Part shown: positions 1-9,909 of the stretch, piece after piece
Layout of the letters: the number at the start of each line of letters is the position of its first letter
Position numbering within the stretch: position 1 is the first letter of the stretch
Source: Candidatus Babeliales bacterium
GTDB lineage: Bacteria > Babelota > Babeliae > Babelales > JANWKD01
Direction of reading: 5' to 3'
Length of the DNA: 64,000 bases
NCBI GenBank assembly: GCA_963701665.1
Contig: OY969622.1
Location: forward strand, 1,273,193 to 1,337,192
The notes under the pieces: model-generated
What the model saw: the letters and a program-made list of their open reading frames with translations, nothing else
Databases searched by the model: none
What the model was told of the DNA's origin: nothing
Translations under genes and position numbers: made by a program

Positions 1-744
1 GTCAAAATAACCGACGAGCAAGGCACCAAAATAGGAGCGCGATCCTTTTGGCTCGGTAAAACCGCCGATTACAAGCTCTTGCCCAACACTACATTTAAAT
101 TTGAGCCAATTAGGAGAACGTACGCCAACTGCATAAATACCCTCTCGCCTTTTAGCAATCAGGCCCTCCCATTTTAGCCTGCATGCTTTTTTGAATAATA
201 TTAGGGCATTACCGGGCAATTCGCGCGTATATTCGAGCGTCGTGTTAAACGAGAGTAATCTTTTGAGTATTTTTTTGCGAGCGTATAAAGGAAGATGCGT
301 TATATCATAGCCATCAACATATACAATATCAAAAATACAATATTTAATTGGCACGGTACGTTTTTTTTCTGTGATTTCTTGCATCCCTTGCAAATGCATT
401 CTCCCCTGCAACAACTGAAAATCTGAAATCCCTTTTTTATTGCAGGCAACTATTTCACCATCAATAATAAAATTATCTGCTTTTTGTTTTGTTAACGCAG
501 TCACAAGTTCCGGATATTCTGTATTGCTAATTCTGTTATTGCGCGATTTTAAATGCACAACGCCATTTTTTTTAATCGCCAAACACCGCTCCCCATCAAA
601 TTTGTGCTCATACATCCAATGTTCATCGGAAAAATACTTTTTTGTTAGGGTGGCAAGCATGGGCTTAACAAAGGTAGGCTGCTTAACTTTTTTTCTTTTT
701 TTTAAAATCTCTGATGCAATTCCTTGGAAAATATTTTTTATCAT
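1..744 (-). CDS. ligD: ATP-dependent DNA ligase, LigD-type ligase domain (3' end runs off the window)
   Basis: Not in ORF track. Manual minus-strand translation from ATG at 744: MIKNIFQ...PMLATL...WMYEHKFDGERCLA...IIDGEIV...FDIVYVDG...WEGLIAKR...RSPNWLKFK...QELVIGGFTEPKGSRSYFGALLVGYFD. KxDG motif present; GGAG RBS at 751-754. Confidence 0.9.
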   Translation of the reverse strand, partial: MIKNIFQGIASEILKKRKKVKQPTFVKPMLATLTKKYFSDEHWMYEHKFDGERCLAIKKNGVVHLKSRNNRISNTEYPELVTALTKQKADNFIIDGEIVACNKKGISDFQLLQGRMHLQGMQEITEKKRTVPIKYCIFDIVYVDGYDITHLPLYARKKILKRLLSFNTTLEYTRELPGNALILFKKACRLKWEGLIAKRREGIYAVGVRSPNWLKFKCSVGQELVIGGFTEPKGSRSYFGALLVGYFD

Positions 745-881
745 TCTTTTCTCCAAAAACAAAAATGTCATTTTCCTTTCTAACGCTTAAAAAATATGCA
801 GAGAATAATCAAGAATTTTGATTAATACCAATTTCGAGTACATGAAACTTATCCAACACAAAAGATCCAATAAGCAGAATT

Positions 882-975
882 GTCATTGTGAGCTCATCGG
901 AGATGAGCGTAGCAATCCAGTCTGATTAGGATTTTCATTTTAAAGACTGGATCCCTACGCTTCGCTCAGGATGAC
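882..975. repeat. Palindromic REP/RPE-like element, copy 1
   Basis: GTCATTGTGAG-hairpin-CGTAGCAATCCA...TGGATCCCTACG-CTTCG-CTCAGGATGAC. Confidence 0.85.
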
Positions 976-1060
976 ACCGTTGTTTATAATGTTAACTTGC
1001 TAATCTTTAAGTTCTATTGTTTAAAAATAAAGTGCATATTGGAAACAAAATTGTCATTGC

Positions 1061-2238
1061 TGTATGTGTTCAGAGTTTCGGTGAATAATTTTTGGCACAA
1101 AGAGACAAGCAGAGTTAAATTGAAAATTTTTTAATTCCCTTAAACGGGTGTGCTCGATTCCTTCAACAAAGCTGATGGAATTTTACCATCCAAACCTTGA
1201 TGGGGCCGATGTTCATTATGATAGAAATTATAGCCAAGAACAGCATCTTTTAGTTCATCAATTGTGTTAAATATAGATCCTTCAATAACTTCATCATCAA
1301 AAGAACGCCAAAATCTCTCAATTTTTCCATTTGTTTGAGGCTTATAAGGGAGGGTTCTTCGGTGCTTAATAGCAAAATGAAGTAGCAATCTTTCAAAAGG
1401 ATGATTTTTTAATCTTTCTGGACCTGAACAAAATTCAGCACCATTATCAGTTAAAGCTTCATCAAATGTGATACCGTATCGTTGGTTCATATGCAAAATG
1501 ATATCCATCATAGCAAAAGTCACATCTATTGCTTTGAGAGATTCAATTACTTCAACCCAAACTATTCTAGAGAAGTCATCAATAACTCCCAGCACAAAAT
1601 ATTTCTTTTTAGGTTCAGATTGCACAATTTCTTTAGGTAAGTAATGGCAATCTATATGGGCTAATGACCCTGCGAATGTTCTCACGATCTTTCTTTTTTC
1701 CTCTTGTACTCGTTTAGTTAACTTAGAAACGCCATATTTTCGTAATGTTCGATATACTGAACTTGCAGAACAACCCTTTTTAATCAAGGGATTTTTTTTG
1801 AGGGCTGCGGCAATAACATACCTATTTAAACCTGATTTCCGATACTCTAAAATTTGTTTTACAAGACTATCATCTGCAAGCGGCATTTCTTCAAACTTAG
1901 GCTTGGGACCGCGTCTTATAGGCAACAAAAGTTCGGGAATTTCCTGAGCAGCTTTGTAGCGTCTGTAAAGCTTATAAAAATTCTGAAAACAGAGTTCTCT
2001 GGCTTCAAAAAATTCTCGAACACGCTTAAATTGAGGGTGTTTTTTTGACTTAACAAGTTCGTATTCTTCCACATATTTTAGCATATATTTAATTGAATTG
2101 CTTGCTAAAGTACGATACGATGTATTTATACCCATAAAAGGAACTCCTGTTAAAATTGTTAATATTTGCATATTTAATTCTAACTCTGATTTCCCTTTGT
2201 GGGTATCTTTTTATTCACCGAAATTATGAACTTCTACA
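1061..2238 (-). mobile_element. Complete IS481-family insertion sequence (1178 bp)
   Basis: TGT...ACA ends. 28-bp imperfect terminal IRs at 1061-1088 and 2211-2238 (23/28 match). 5-bp direct repeat ATTGC at 1056-1060 and 2239-2243. Confidence 0.92.
1140..2135 (-). CDS. IS481-family DDE transposase (rve integrase core)
   Basis: HIDCH, IDDFSR, LTDNGAEF, PQTNGKIERFWR and HNEHRPHQGL motifs. Likely start at ATG 2135 (AGGAG RBS) rather than 2171. Confidence 0.92.
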   Translation of the reverse strand: MGINTSYRTLASNSIKYMLKYVEEYELVKSKKHPQFKRVREFFEARELCFQNFYKLYRRYKAAQEIPELLLPIRRGPKPKFEEMPLADDSLVKQILEYRKSGLNRYVIAAALKKNPLIKKGCSASSVYRTLRKYGVSKLTKRVQEEKRKIVRTFAGSLAHIDCHYLPKEIVQSEPKKKYFVLGVIDDFSRIVWVEVIESLKAIDVTFAMMDIILHMNQRYGITFDEALTDNGAEFCSGPERLKNHPFERLLLHFAIKHRRTLPYKPQTNGKIERFWRSFDDEVIEGSIFNTIDELKDAVLGYNFYHNEHRPHQGLDGKIPSALLKESSTPV

Positions 2239-2365
2239 ATTGCGAGCAAAGCGTGGCAATCCAATTATAAAATTAGTTCATTAAAGGAATTAATTAAAGT
2301 TTGGATTCCCACGGCGCTTTGCGCCTCGGAATGACATCCCTGTATTTATTGTACGTTTCGTCGCA

Positions 2366-4345
2366 CTATGATAATGGATGGGGCGTAAAAAAAAGTGAAC
2401 TTTTGAAATAGCGTTTATCGATTGTTTGGAATAACAAGGCAATGTGCGCCATACTTTCACTTTTTAAATACATTTTCCGTGCATAAAAATTTTTAATTTT
2501 ATGCACCGGCGGTTTTGCAGGTCCAAGCACGGCAACCTCAAGATCGTGATCAGCAATTTTCTTGCGCAACACAGTACCTAAAAATTTCGCTTCTTTGTCA
2601 ACAACTGATTCATCATGATGTTTGAGTTCAAGTTCAACTAAACGAACAAAGGGAGGATATCTTAACTCTTTTCTGTGCACACTCTCGTGCTGATAATAAG
2701 AAAGGTAATCGACCTCATGCAAATATTCAAAAAGTGGATTTTCGCGCATTGTCTGAATAATAACAAGACTCTTTTCATGTTGTCTTCCGGCGCGCCCTGC
2801 AACTTGAATGAGCTGTTGCAACGCAACTTCCGAGGCATTATATAATGGCGTGTGAATTGCAAGATCCGCCCAAATGACGCCAACGAGTGTAACGCGCGGG
2901 AAATGATAGCCTTTAGTGATCGTCTGCGTGCCTACTAAAATGTCGATCGCGCCATCATGAAACGCGCGCACCGTTTGTTGCCATTTTTTTTTGTTGATCG
3001 TTACATCCATATCCGCCCGTTCAATGCGCGCGTTTGGGAATAATTTTTGTAAAAGCGAAACCAATTGTTGCGTGCCGATTCCTTTTTTGAGCAACTGCGA
3101 TTCATCTGCTTTACAACCTGGACATTGTTTTGGCATCGGCAACGTATAACCGCAATAATGGCACGTAAGCTGCTGATCTTCGTGCAACGTTAAACTTACT
3201 GAACAATTGGCACAGGTAATAATAAAACTGCATGCTGCACATTGCACAAAAAAGCTGTAGCCGCGCCGGTTTAAAAAAATAAGTATCTGTTCTTTTTTTG
3301 TTAAACGATCCTGGATGGCATCTTCTAATTCTTTGCTGATCCAAAACGAACGCTTTTTTTTCATTTTATTGGTTAGTTCAACCAAAACAACCTGAGGGAA
3401 ATTGCCACTGAACCGTTTTTTTATTTGGAAAAAAGGCCAGCCTTTTTCTTTTACATTATAAAGGGATGTTAGCGATGGCGTTGCAGATCCTAAAAGAATC
3501 GGAATACCAGCAAGCTTTGCACGCATTAATGCCGCTTCTTTGGTGTTAATTTTGGGATGCTTTTTTTCTTGATAACCAACATCATGTTCTTCATCAATGA
3601 TAATGAGCCCTAGATGTGCGATGGGTAACAAAATAGGTAAATGCACGCCGATAATGACACAAGGTGATTCGGCGCATAGCATCTGCCACAACCGTTTTTT
3701 TTCTTTTTGACTCGTGGCTGAATGGAAAGAAAGTAGTGGGATACTCGGATCCAATTGATTTTGCAAAAGCACCATAAATTGCACAGCTAAACTTACTTCA
3801 GGCAATAATAACAAAACCGTTTTGCGCTGAGCAAAAGCAACTTCCATCAATTTTTTATAAATTTCTGTTTTGCCCGATCCTGTTACGCCGTGCAACACGG
3901 TTGGGCAAAACGCAGGATGCACGAGATATTCTTTTAAAAACGAGAACACTGCTTCTTGTTCTTGCGTAAGCACCGCACCCTTTTTGGGTTCCATCTCCGA
4001 TGGCAACAATTCGCGCGCAACGACATCATCGGTTGCACTCAACAAAAATTGACGCACTCGTTTAACAAAAAAAAGATAATCAACTTGATAATAATCAGCT
4101 AACTGCGCGACAAACTGTTGATAACACGCGTCTGAAGGAAACTGCTCAACATCTTCAAGATCTTTAATGACAAACGAGGTTTCAGGTTTTTGTTCAAAGA
4201 CTTTTTCAACAATCGCTGCACTCGTTTTATTTCTTATAGGCACGCGTACAAAAGAACCAACGCACGCTTTCTCTTGAGCATGCGAGGGAACTCCATAGAT
4301 GAGAGGTTCTTGAAAACCTTTTAAAAGGCGAACTTGGACAAACAT
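2366..4345 (-). CDS. priA: Primosomal protein N' (replication restart helicase)
   Basis: HGVTGSGKT, DEEH, GSATPS, FLNRRGY, Cys-rich Zn region, QVAGRAGR, YPPF. Confidence 0.96.
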   Translation of the reverse strand: MFVQVRLLKGFQEPLIYGVPSHAQEKACVGSFVRVPIRNKTSAAIVEKVFEQKPETSFVIKDLEDVEQFPSDACYQQFVAQLADYYQVDYLFFVKRVRQFLLSATDDVVARELLPSEMEPKKGAVLTQEQEAVFSFLKEYLVHPAFCPTVLHGVTGSGKTEIYKKLMEVAFAQRKTVLLLLPEVSLAVQFMVLLQNQLDPSIPLLSFHSATSQKEKKRLWQMLCAESPCVIIGVHLPILLPIAHLGLIIIDEEHDVGYQEKKHPKINTKEAALMRAKLAGIPILLGSATPSLTSLYNVKEKGWPFFQIKKRFSGNFPQVVLVELTNKMKKKRSFWISKELEDAIQDRLTKKEQILIFLNRRGYSFFVQCAACSFIITCANCSVSLTLHEDQQLTCHYCGYTLPMPKQCPGCKADESQLLKKGIGTQQLVSLLQKLFPNARIERADMDVTINKKKWQQTVRAFHDGAIDILVGTQTITKGYHFPRVTLVGVIWADLAIHTPLYNASEVALQQLIQVAGRAGRQHEKSLVIIQTMRENPLFEYLHEVDYLSYYQHESVHRKELRYPPFVRLVELELKHHDESVVDKEAKFLGTVLRKKIADHDLEVAVLGPAKPPVHKIKNFYARKMYLKSESMAHIALLFQTIDKRYFKSSLFFTPHPLS

Positions 4346-4349
4346 TATA

Positions 4350-5225
4350 TTATTGTTCTAAATTTAAAGTATCTTCGCGAGCTTTTTTGACTGCTAATTT
4401 AATGGCGCTGATTGTTTTAACGTCTGACTCCGTTATACAAAAATGCTGCGAACGCACTTTTTTGTTGGTAGCAAGCATATATATCCAGGCATAACTCACT
4501 AGCTGTTCTATTGCCCCCAGGCCACAAAAAATAGATGCTAAGCAAGGTTGCCCTGCAGCACAGGAAAGCCCTGCTGCCGAACAATTTGTGCTGCCACACG
4601 TGGAACAGGTAATTGGTACCATGATATCTATATTTGAAATTTGTTCTTCATGATATTTGCGTACTCGTAGATCAAAAAATCGTAAAGTGCCAGAACGAAT
4701 TGTTATATATTCTTCAAGCTTTTTTTGATCGCCTTTTAAAAGCTTTGCCATTGTGTTTGTTGTACAAGTAAAACGGTTAAGATTGTCTTGGATAAGCCGT
4801 GGATTTAATCGATCAGTTTCAATAACACCACACCATGAACGATTGCCTGCAAGATTTTTTGACGATGGTATAGTTTCCCACAAATCAACAGTACCATAAA
4901 AAGGATTTGTTGTGGCCTCACATACAAAACTAAGTGCTGGGTGTTGCCCATAAGTAACTGTTTTTAAATTCTTTTTATAAACACCATAAAAAATATTCTC
5001 AAATTGATCAGTTGCATCCAAAAGATTAGTGCAAATAGCCTTATGAGCAACATTCTTATGTCGCCCATAGTGCATACACTCATAACTTATTAACTTTGAC
5101 GCATCGGTATACTCCATTGCCATTAAATGCAGGCCCCCCATTAAAATCAAAACACCCAAGCTTAATTTTTTTGAAATTTGTATATTAGAAAATTTTACCG
5201 ATATAAATTTGATTGTTTTTTGCAT
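4350..5225 (-). CDS. Hypothetical secreted protein with Cys-rich/hydrophobic C-terminal region
   Basis: 291-aa ORF; hydrophobic leader ending LMA|MEY. Confidence 0.6.
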   Translation of the reverse strand: MQKTIKFISVKFSNIQISKKLSLGVLILMGGLHLMAMEYTDASKLISYECMHYGRHKNVAHKAICTNLLDATDQFENIFYGVYKKNLKTVTYGQHPALSFVCEATTNPFYGTVDLWETIPSSKNLAGNRSWCGVIETDRLNPRLIQDNLNRFTCTTNTMAKLLKGDQKKLEEYITIRSGTLRFFDLRVRKYHEEQISNIDIMVPITCSTCGSTNCSAAGLSCAAGQPCLASIFCGLGAIEQLVSYAWIYMLATNKKVRSQHFCITESDVKTISAIKLAVKKAREDTLNLEQ

Positions 5226-5349
5226 AATTTCTATACTTTATTATATGAAAACGAACGTTTTTTATGGTAACTGCGGGCTTTTCACTCGTTTCATTATTAC
5301 ATTTTTTGTTAGTATACTCTTTTCCTCGTTCACAAAAAAGGATTTTAGC

Positions 5350-8073
5350 GTGACATTACCTAAAGCAAACGATGCAATTTTTCTTATAGATGGTTCTGGT
5401 TTTTTATATCGTGCCTATTATGGCGTACGTCCTTTACATACTCCTCAAGGGATTCCCGTTCAGGCCGTCTATAGTTTCTGCCGCATGATTAAAAAAATTA
5501 TGAACACATTTCATCCCAAACATATGGCACTCGTGTGGGATAGTAAAGGCGAAACGATTCGTCATGAAATATATCCTGCGTATAAAGCGACACGCCAAGC
5601 CCCTCCAAGCGATCTTTTTGAACAAAAAAAATATATTCAACAATTTGCTGACCTTATTGGCCTGAAACAGATTGAAAAACCTGGCGTAGAGGCTGATGAT
5701 TTATTATATTCGCTTGCCCAAGATTACGCTCGCCAAGGAAAAGATGTCGTTATTTTAACGTCCGATAAAGATATGGCACAAACCCTCGGTGATCACGTAA
5801 CAATATATGACGCGTTTAAGGATGCCTTTATCACCCCCGCATCATTCTTAGAAGCAAAAGGATTTCCTATTGAGAAGTTACCTTTTTACTTTGCGCTGGT
5901 TGGCGACACTTCGGATAATATACCCGGTGTAAAAGGCATTGGGGAAAAAACCGCGACTGAACTGGTGAAACAGTTCGCCTCTCTTGAAGATTTGTACGCG
6001 CGTATTGGCGAAGTTGCCAAAGAACGCACGCGCACTTTATTAACAGAACAAATAGCAAACGCGTTTTTAAGTGAGAAATTATTCCGCCTTCATTATTATG
6101 ATTTACAATATGCGGAACAAGCACTCGCTTTTGATCAAAACGCGTGGGCAAATGCACAACCACTTTTTAAAGAATTAAATTTTAAATCACTGCTAGAAGA
6201 AATTGCAAAAACAACACCTGAGGCTGTGCAGCCGGTAGCTTTGTTATCAGAAACAAAGGGATACAAATTTAAAACGGTCACCACCGAGCAAGAGCTTACG
6301 GCTGTTTGCGATGAAATAAAAAAAGCAAAAGTTTTCGCTTTTGATACAGAACTTGATGGCTTAAAGCCTCTTGAAAATCATCTTGTTGGCGTAAGTGTGT
6401 GTACCCATAAGGGAACTGCTTATTATATTCCATTCGGCCATGTCACCGGCGAAAAACAACTTTCACGTGACGAAGTATTGCGCGCATTATCGCCGTTGTT
6501 GTTAGACCCAAACATAGAAAAATTCATGCATCATGCTAAATTTGATGAGCTTGCTTTGTGGCACTATAAGCAAGGCGTCAACAACCTGACTTTCGATACC
6601 ATGCTTGCGGCACAACTTGTCACCCAAGATTGGCAACGCATTAATCTCAAAGCATTATCAGAACTCTATTTACATGAACCTATGCTCACATTTGCACAGA
6701 TTGTTACTGATAAAAAATTAAAAAACTTTGCTGAAGTTCCTCTTGCAGGAGCAACTGAATATGCCGCAGCTGACGCACATCAAACCATGCAGCTTGTACC
6801 CATTTTAAAAAAGGCCCTGCACGAACAACAAATGGACACTCTTTATTATGATATTGAACTGCCGCTCATCCCCATTTTATTTTCCATGGAAGCCGAGGGC
6901 ATTTATCTCGATACAACCGTGCTTAAAAAACTTGATGTAATGGTAACTAAAGATTTAGAAACCGTGCGCACGCTCATCGTAGATTTAAGTGGCGCAACAT
7001 CTAAGGACATTAATTTAAATTCGCCAAAACAGGTAGAACAACTTTTATTTTATGAATTAAAATTACCTACCTACAAAAAAAGCACCAAGCGTACGGGCTA
7101 TTCAACCGATGTTGAAGTACTGCAAGAATTAGCCAAAATACACCCTGTGCCAAAATTGTTATTACAATACCGCGAACTCTCAAAACTAAAAAGCACTTAT
7201 ATTGATGCATTGCCAACCTATATTAATTCTGAAACTGGCAAAATTCATACGAATTTTAGTCAAACGGGTGTTGCTACCGGCCGGCTTTCTAGTTCTGATC
7301 CAAATTTGCAAAATATTCCTGTTGAAACTCCTTATGATATTCACATTCGTTCAGCATTCAAGCCAGAGGCAGGGCATGTTTTTCTTTCAGCCGACTATTC
7401 ACAAATTGAGTTGCGCGTTCTAGCATTTCTCTCACAGGATCCGACACTCATACAAGCTTTTTTACATGATGAAGATATTCATGCAAAAACTGCTGCAGGA
7501 CTCTTTGATGTTCCGATTAATAAAGTTACTCATGAACAACGTCAAATTGGCAAACGTATCAACTTCAGCATTTTATATGGATTAACTGCATACGGTTTAT
7601 CGCAAGATCTTGGTATTTCATTTACCGATGCTAAGCATTATATCGAAAAATATTTTGCACAATATCCGGGCGTCTCAACATGGATGGAAAATGTTCTTCA
7701 TGAAACTAAAAAGTATGGCTACGTAACTACCTTTTATGGAAGAAGACGTTTTATACCCGGCATTTACGAGAAAAACAAAAATTTATATGAAGCTGCTTGC
7801 CGTGTTGCCATTAACACAAAAGCACAGGGTACTGCCGCCGAGATTATGAAACGCGGCATGATCGCCTTAGATAAAACATTTAAAGAGAAAAAATTGGGCG
7901 CAAAACTTGTTATTCAAATCCACGATGAACTTATCATTTCAGTTCCTGAATCTGAGCTCAAAGAAACAGAAAAAATAGTACAAGATGTTCTTGAACATGT
8001 TGTTAAGTGGGATGATGTACCTTTGAAAGTTTCAACGCATGTCGGCTCTAACTGGCAAGAAGTAACAAAATAA
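5350..8073 (+). CDS. polA: DNA polymerase I
   Basis: 5'-exonuclease (LIDGSG..YRAYY, EADD), 3'-exonuclease (FDTE) and polymerase motifs (TGRLSSSDPNLQNIP, ADYSQIELR, QIHDEL). Likely GTG start at 5350 after AAGGA. Confidence 0.97.
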   Translation: MTLPKANDAIFLIDGSGFLYRAYYGVRPLHTPQGIPVQAVYSFCRMIKKIMNTFHPKHMALVWDSKGETIRHEIYPAYKATRQAPPSDLFEQKKYIQQFADLIGLKQIEKPGVEADDLLYSLAQDYARQGKDVVILTSDKDMAQTLGDHVTIYDAFKDAFITPASFLEAKGFPIEKLPFYFALVGDTSDNIPGVKGIGEKTATELVKQFASLEDLYARIGEVAKERTRTLLTEQIANAFLSEKLFRLHYYDLQYAEQALAFDQNAWANAQPLFKELNFKSLLEEIAKTTPEAVQPVALLSETKGYKFKTVTTEQELTAVCDEIKKAKVFAFDTELDGLKPLENHLVGVSVCTHKGTAYYIPFGHVTGEKQLSRDEVLRALSPLLLDPNIEKFMHHAKFDELALWHYKQGVNNLTFDTMLAAQLVTQDWQRINLKALSELYLHEPMLTFAQIVTDKKLKNFAEVPLAGATEYAAADAHQTMQLVPILKKALHEQQMDTLYYDIELPLIPILFSMEAEGIYLDTTVLKKLDVMVTKDLETVRTLIVDLSGATSKDINLNSPKQVEQLLFYELKLPTYKKSTKRTGYSTDVEVLQELAKIHPVPKLLLQYRELSKLKSTYIDALPTYINSETGKIHTNFSQTGVATGRLSSSDPNLQNIPVETPYDIHIRSAFKPEAGHVFLSADYSQIELRVLAFLSQDPTLIQAFLHDEDIHAKTAAGLFDVPINKVTHEQRQIGKRINFSILYGLTAYGLSQDLGISFTDAKHYIEKYFAQYPGVSTWMENVLHETKKYGYVTTFYGRRRFIPGIYEKNKNLYEAACRVAINTKAQGTAAEIMKRGMIALDKTFKEKKLGAKLVIQIHDELIISVPESELKETEKIVQDVLEHVVKWDDVPLKVSTHVGSNWQEVTK

Positions 8074-8087
8074 TTACGAATTATTAA

Positions 8088-8912
8088 TCATTTGTTTATC
8101 TGAATATCATCAGAATCCTGTAAAGCAGACGCCAAATCTTCTTCACTCAGAACCAATGCATTAACCTGAGAAGACTTTCTTTGAAGATGAACTTTTTTAA
8201 GCCCCTCTTGGTAAGTGGCCAAAGCATGTAGCGATAAGCCTCTGTCTGGCGTTGCTACTTGGGCAGATGATCTACTAAGCAGCTGCTGGCTACCATGTAT
8301 ATCGTCGCTACTCTCCGCTGTCTTAAATGTAGCGATTTCGGGAATTTCCAAAGAATCTATGCGACATGAATCACCTCGCTCTACTCTTTTCCTAGCTGCT
8401 GCAGATGCTGCCTCTTTTGTAAGCGCTCTTCGACGGTGTTTTTTACCGCCCTCTGCTTGACCAGGCTTCGGTGTTATTTCTCTAACTATCGCACTTTTGC
8501 TTTTCTGTTTCGATTTCTTCTTTTTCGATACTTCTTTTACAACTATTACGTCGGAACTTTCATTTTTACTTCTCAACGCTTTCAATTTTCCTTCTAGGCG
8601 TGCATTTCTTTTTTCAAGAGTCTCAATTCTGGCAGTGAGACTACCAAGATCACCACAAATATCTTCGATGTGATTAAGGGTCGCACGTTCATGTTCTGCA
8701 AACTTTACATCATAGGCCTCTTGCATCAGCTTAAATTGGTCATTTAAAGCAGCTGACAATCCTACAAGCATTTTTTCTTCTTCCCCAATAGTCGACCCTT
8801 TTGTTTTTGGCGACTTAATACGATCAAAAGGATTTTTTTTCATACCATTAAGACAAAAAATTAATCCAAATGAACATAGCAGAAGTGCTACTTTGTGAGA
8901 AAAACTATTCAT
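8088..8912 (-). CDS. Secreted hypothetical protein with coiled coil and basic NLS-like tracts
   Basis: Signal peptide ...LNG|MKK; heptad segment LTARIETLEKRNARLEGKLKAL; SKKKKSKQKSK and KKHRRR. Confidence 0.65.
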   Translation of the reverse strand: MNSFSHKVALLLCSFGLIFCLNGMKKNPFDRIKSPKTKGSTIGEEEKMLVGLSAALNDQFKLMQEAYDVKFAEHERATLNHIEDICGDLGSLTARIETLEKRNARLEGKLKALRSKNESSDVIVVKEVSKKKKSKQKSKSAIVREITPKPGQAEGGKKHRRRALTKEAASAAARKRVERGDSCRIDSLEIPEIATFKTAESSDDIHGSQQLLSRSSAQVATPDRGLSLHALATYQEGLKKVHLQRKSSQVNALVLSEEDLASALQDSDDIQINK

Positions 8913-9125
8913 AGTGGGATCCTTTGCATGTCATTGTGTAGAGTTTTTTCTTTATATTTCAACTTACTACCGCACGCATTTTTATGTATAGAGCATACTA
9001 CGTTCACGCGTACATGTTCAAGCAGCGCGTGCACAAAAATCTTGAACGCGCGTTTTAATGCCACTGTCGCGCGCGCAAAAAAAACGGTACACTAAGGACA
9101 ATTAAAAATAGCAGAAAGGCTTTTT

Positions 9126-9839
9126 ATGTTAACGGAAAAAAATAGTATTCCAGAAACTACAATTCCGCATTGCGACCCGCTTTTAGATGGCATAAGTTCT
9201 GTAAGCTTGGTGCGCGTTTCTGGATCGGATTTAGATATTGTTAACGCAGCGCGCGTATCATTCGGAAAAGTTGCCACCACAGTGAGCGAGCGCGATAAAA
9301 ATTTAATTAAATATTTAATTGAACACGATCACACGAGTCCATTTGAGCACAATCAATTTTCATTTCGCATAAAAGCACCACTATTTGTTACGCGCCAATG
9401 GATGCGCCATCGTATGAATTCATATAATGAAATTAGTTATCGGTATGTTAAAGCACCGCTTGAATTTTATATTCCTCCCCACTGGCGTCATCAAGATGCA
9501 ACCAACAGACAATGCTCAATGGGATCGTTTTCAGACGACGCCCTTCTTGCCACCTACAAAAAAAGTATTGATGAGGCAGTCAAGGCGTACGAGTTTTTAC
9601 TTGAAAAAGGCGTTGCACGTGAACAAGCGCGTGGATTACTGCCATTGTGCACCTATACTGAATTCATTTTTACGTGTAATTTGCACTCGTTAATGCATTT
9701 TATGCGCTTACGTTTACATACTGGCGCGCAGCAAGAAATTCGCGACTATGCAAAAGCGTTACTCTCGTTAGCATTGCCACATTTTCCTGTTGCACTCGCA
9801 TGTTGGAAAAATAAATATAATGTTGAGGTAGCAGTATAA
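9126..9839 (+). CDS. thyX: FAD-dependent thymidylate synthase
   Basis: NAARVS, HTSPFEH and RQWMRHR..SYNEISYRY ThyX motifs. Confidence 0.96.
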   Translation: MLTEKNSIPETTIPHCDPLLDGISSVSLVRVSGSDLDIVNAARVSFGKVATTVSERDKNLIKYLIEHDHTSPFEHNQFSFRIKAPLFVTRQWMRHRMNSYNEISYRYVKAPLEFYIPPHWRHQDATNRQCSMGSFSDDALLATYKKSIDEAVKAYEFLLEKGVAREQARGLLPLCTYTEFIFTCNLHSLMHFMRLRLHTGAQQEIRDYAKALLSLALPHFPVALACWKNKYNVEVAV

Positions 9840-9909
9840 ATTTAAAAAAATTCTTGCTTTAAAGAATGGCCCAATATTAATTTGATACATATCTTTAAAG
9901 GAAGTATTT

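Larger units (their letters stand above)
1053..2335. repeat. Palindromic element copy 2, split by the IS (1053-1060 plus 2239-2335)
   Basis: Removing the IS and one ATTGC restores GTCATTGCGAGCAAAGCGTGGCAATCCA...TGGATTCCCACG...CTCGGAATGAC, closely matching the 15389 copy. Confidence 0.9.

Noticed and set aside
440..790. 116-aa plus-strand ORF
   Set aside because: Antisense shadow of the ligase gene on the minus strand.
5209..5349. Hydrophobic N-terminal extension on PolA
   Set aside because: Artefact of an upstream TTG; a GTG start with RBS at 5350 gives a normal PolA.
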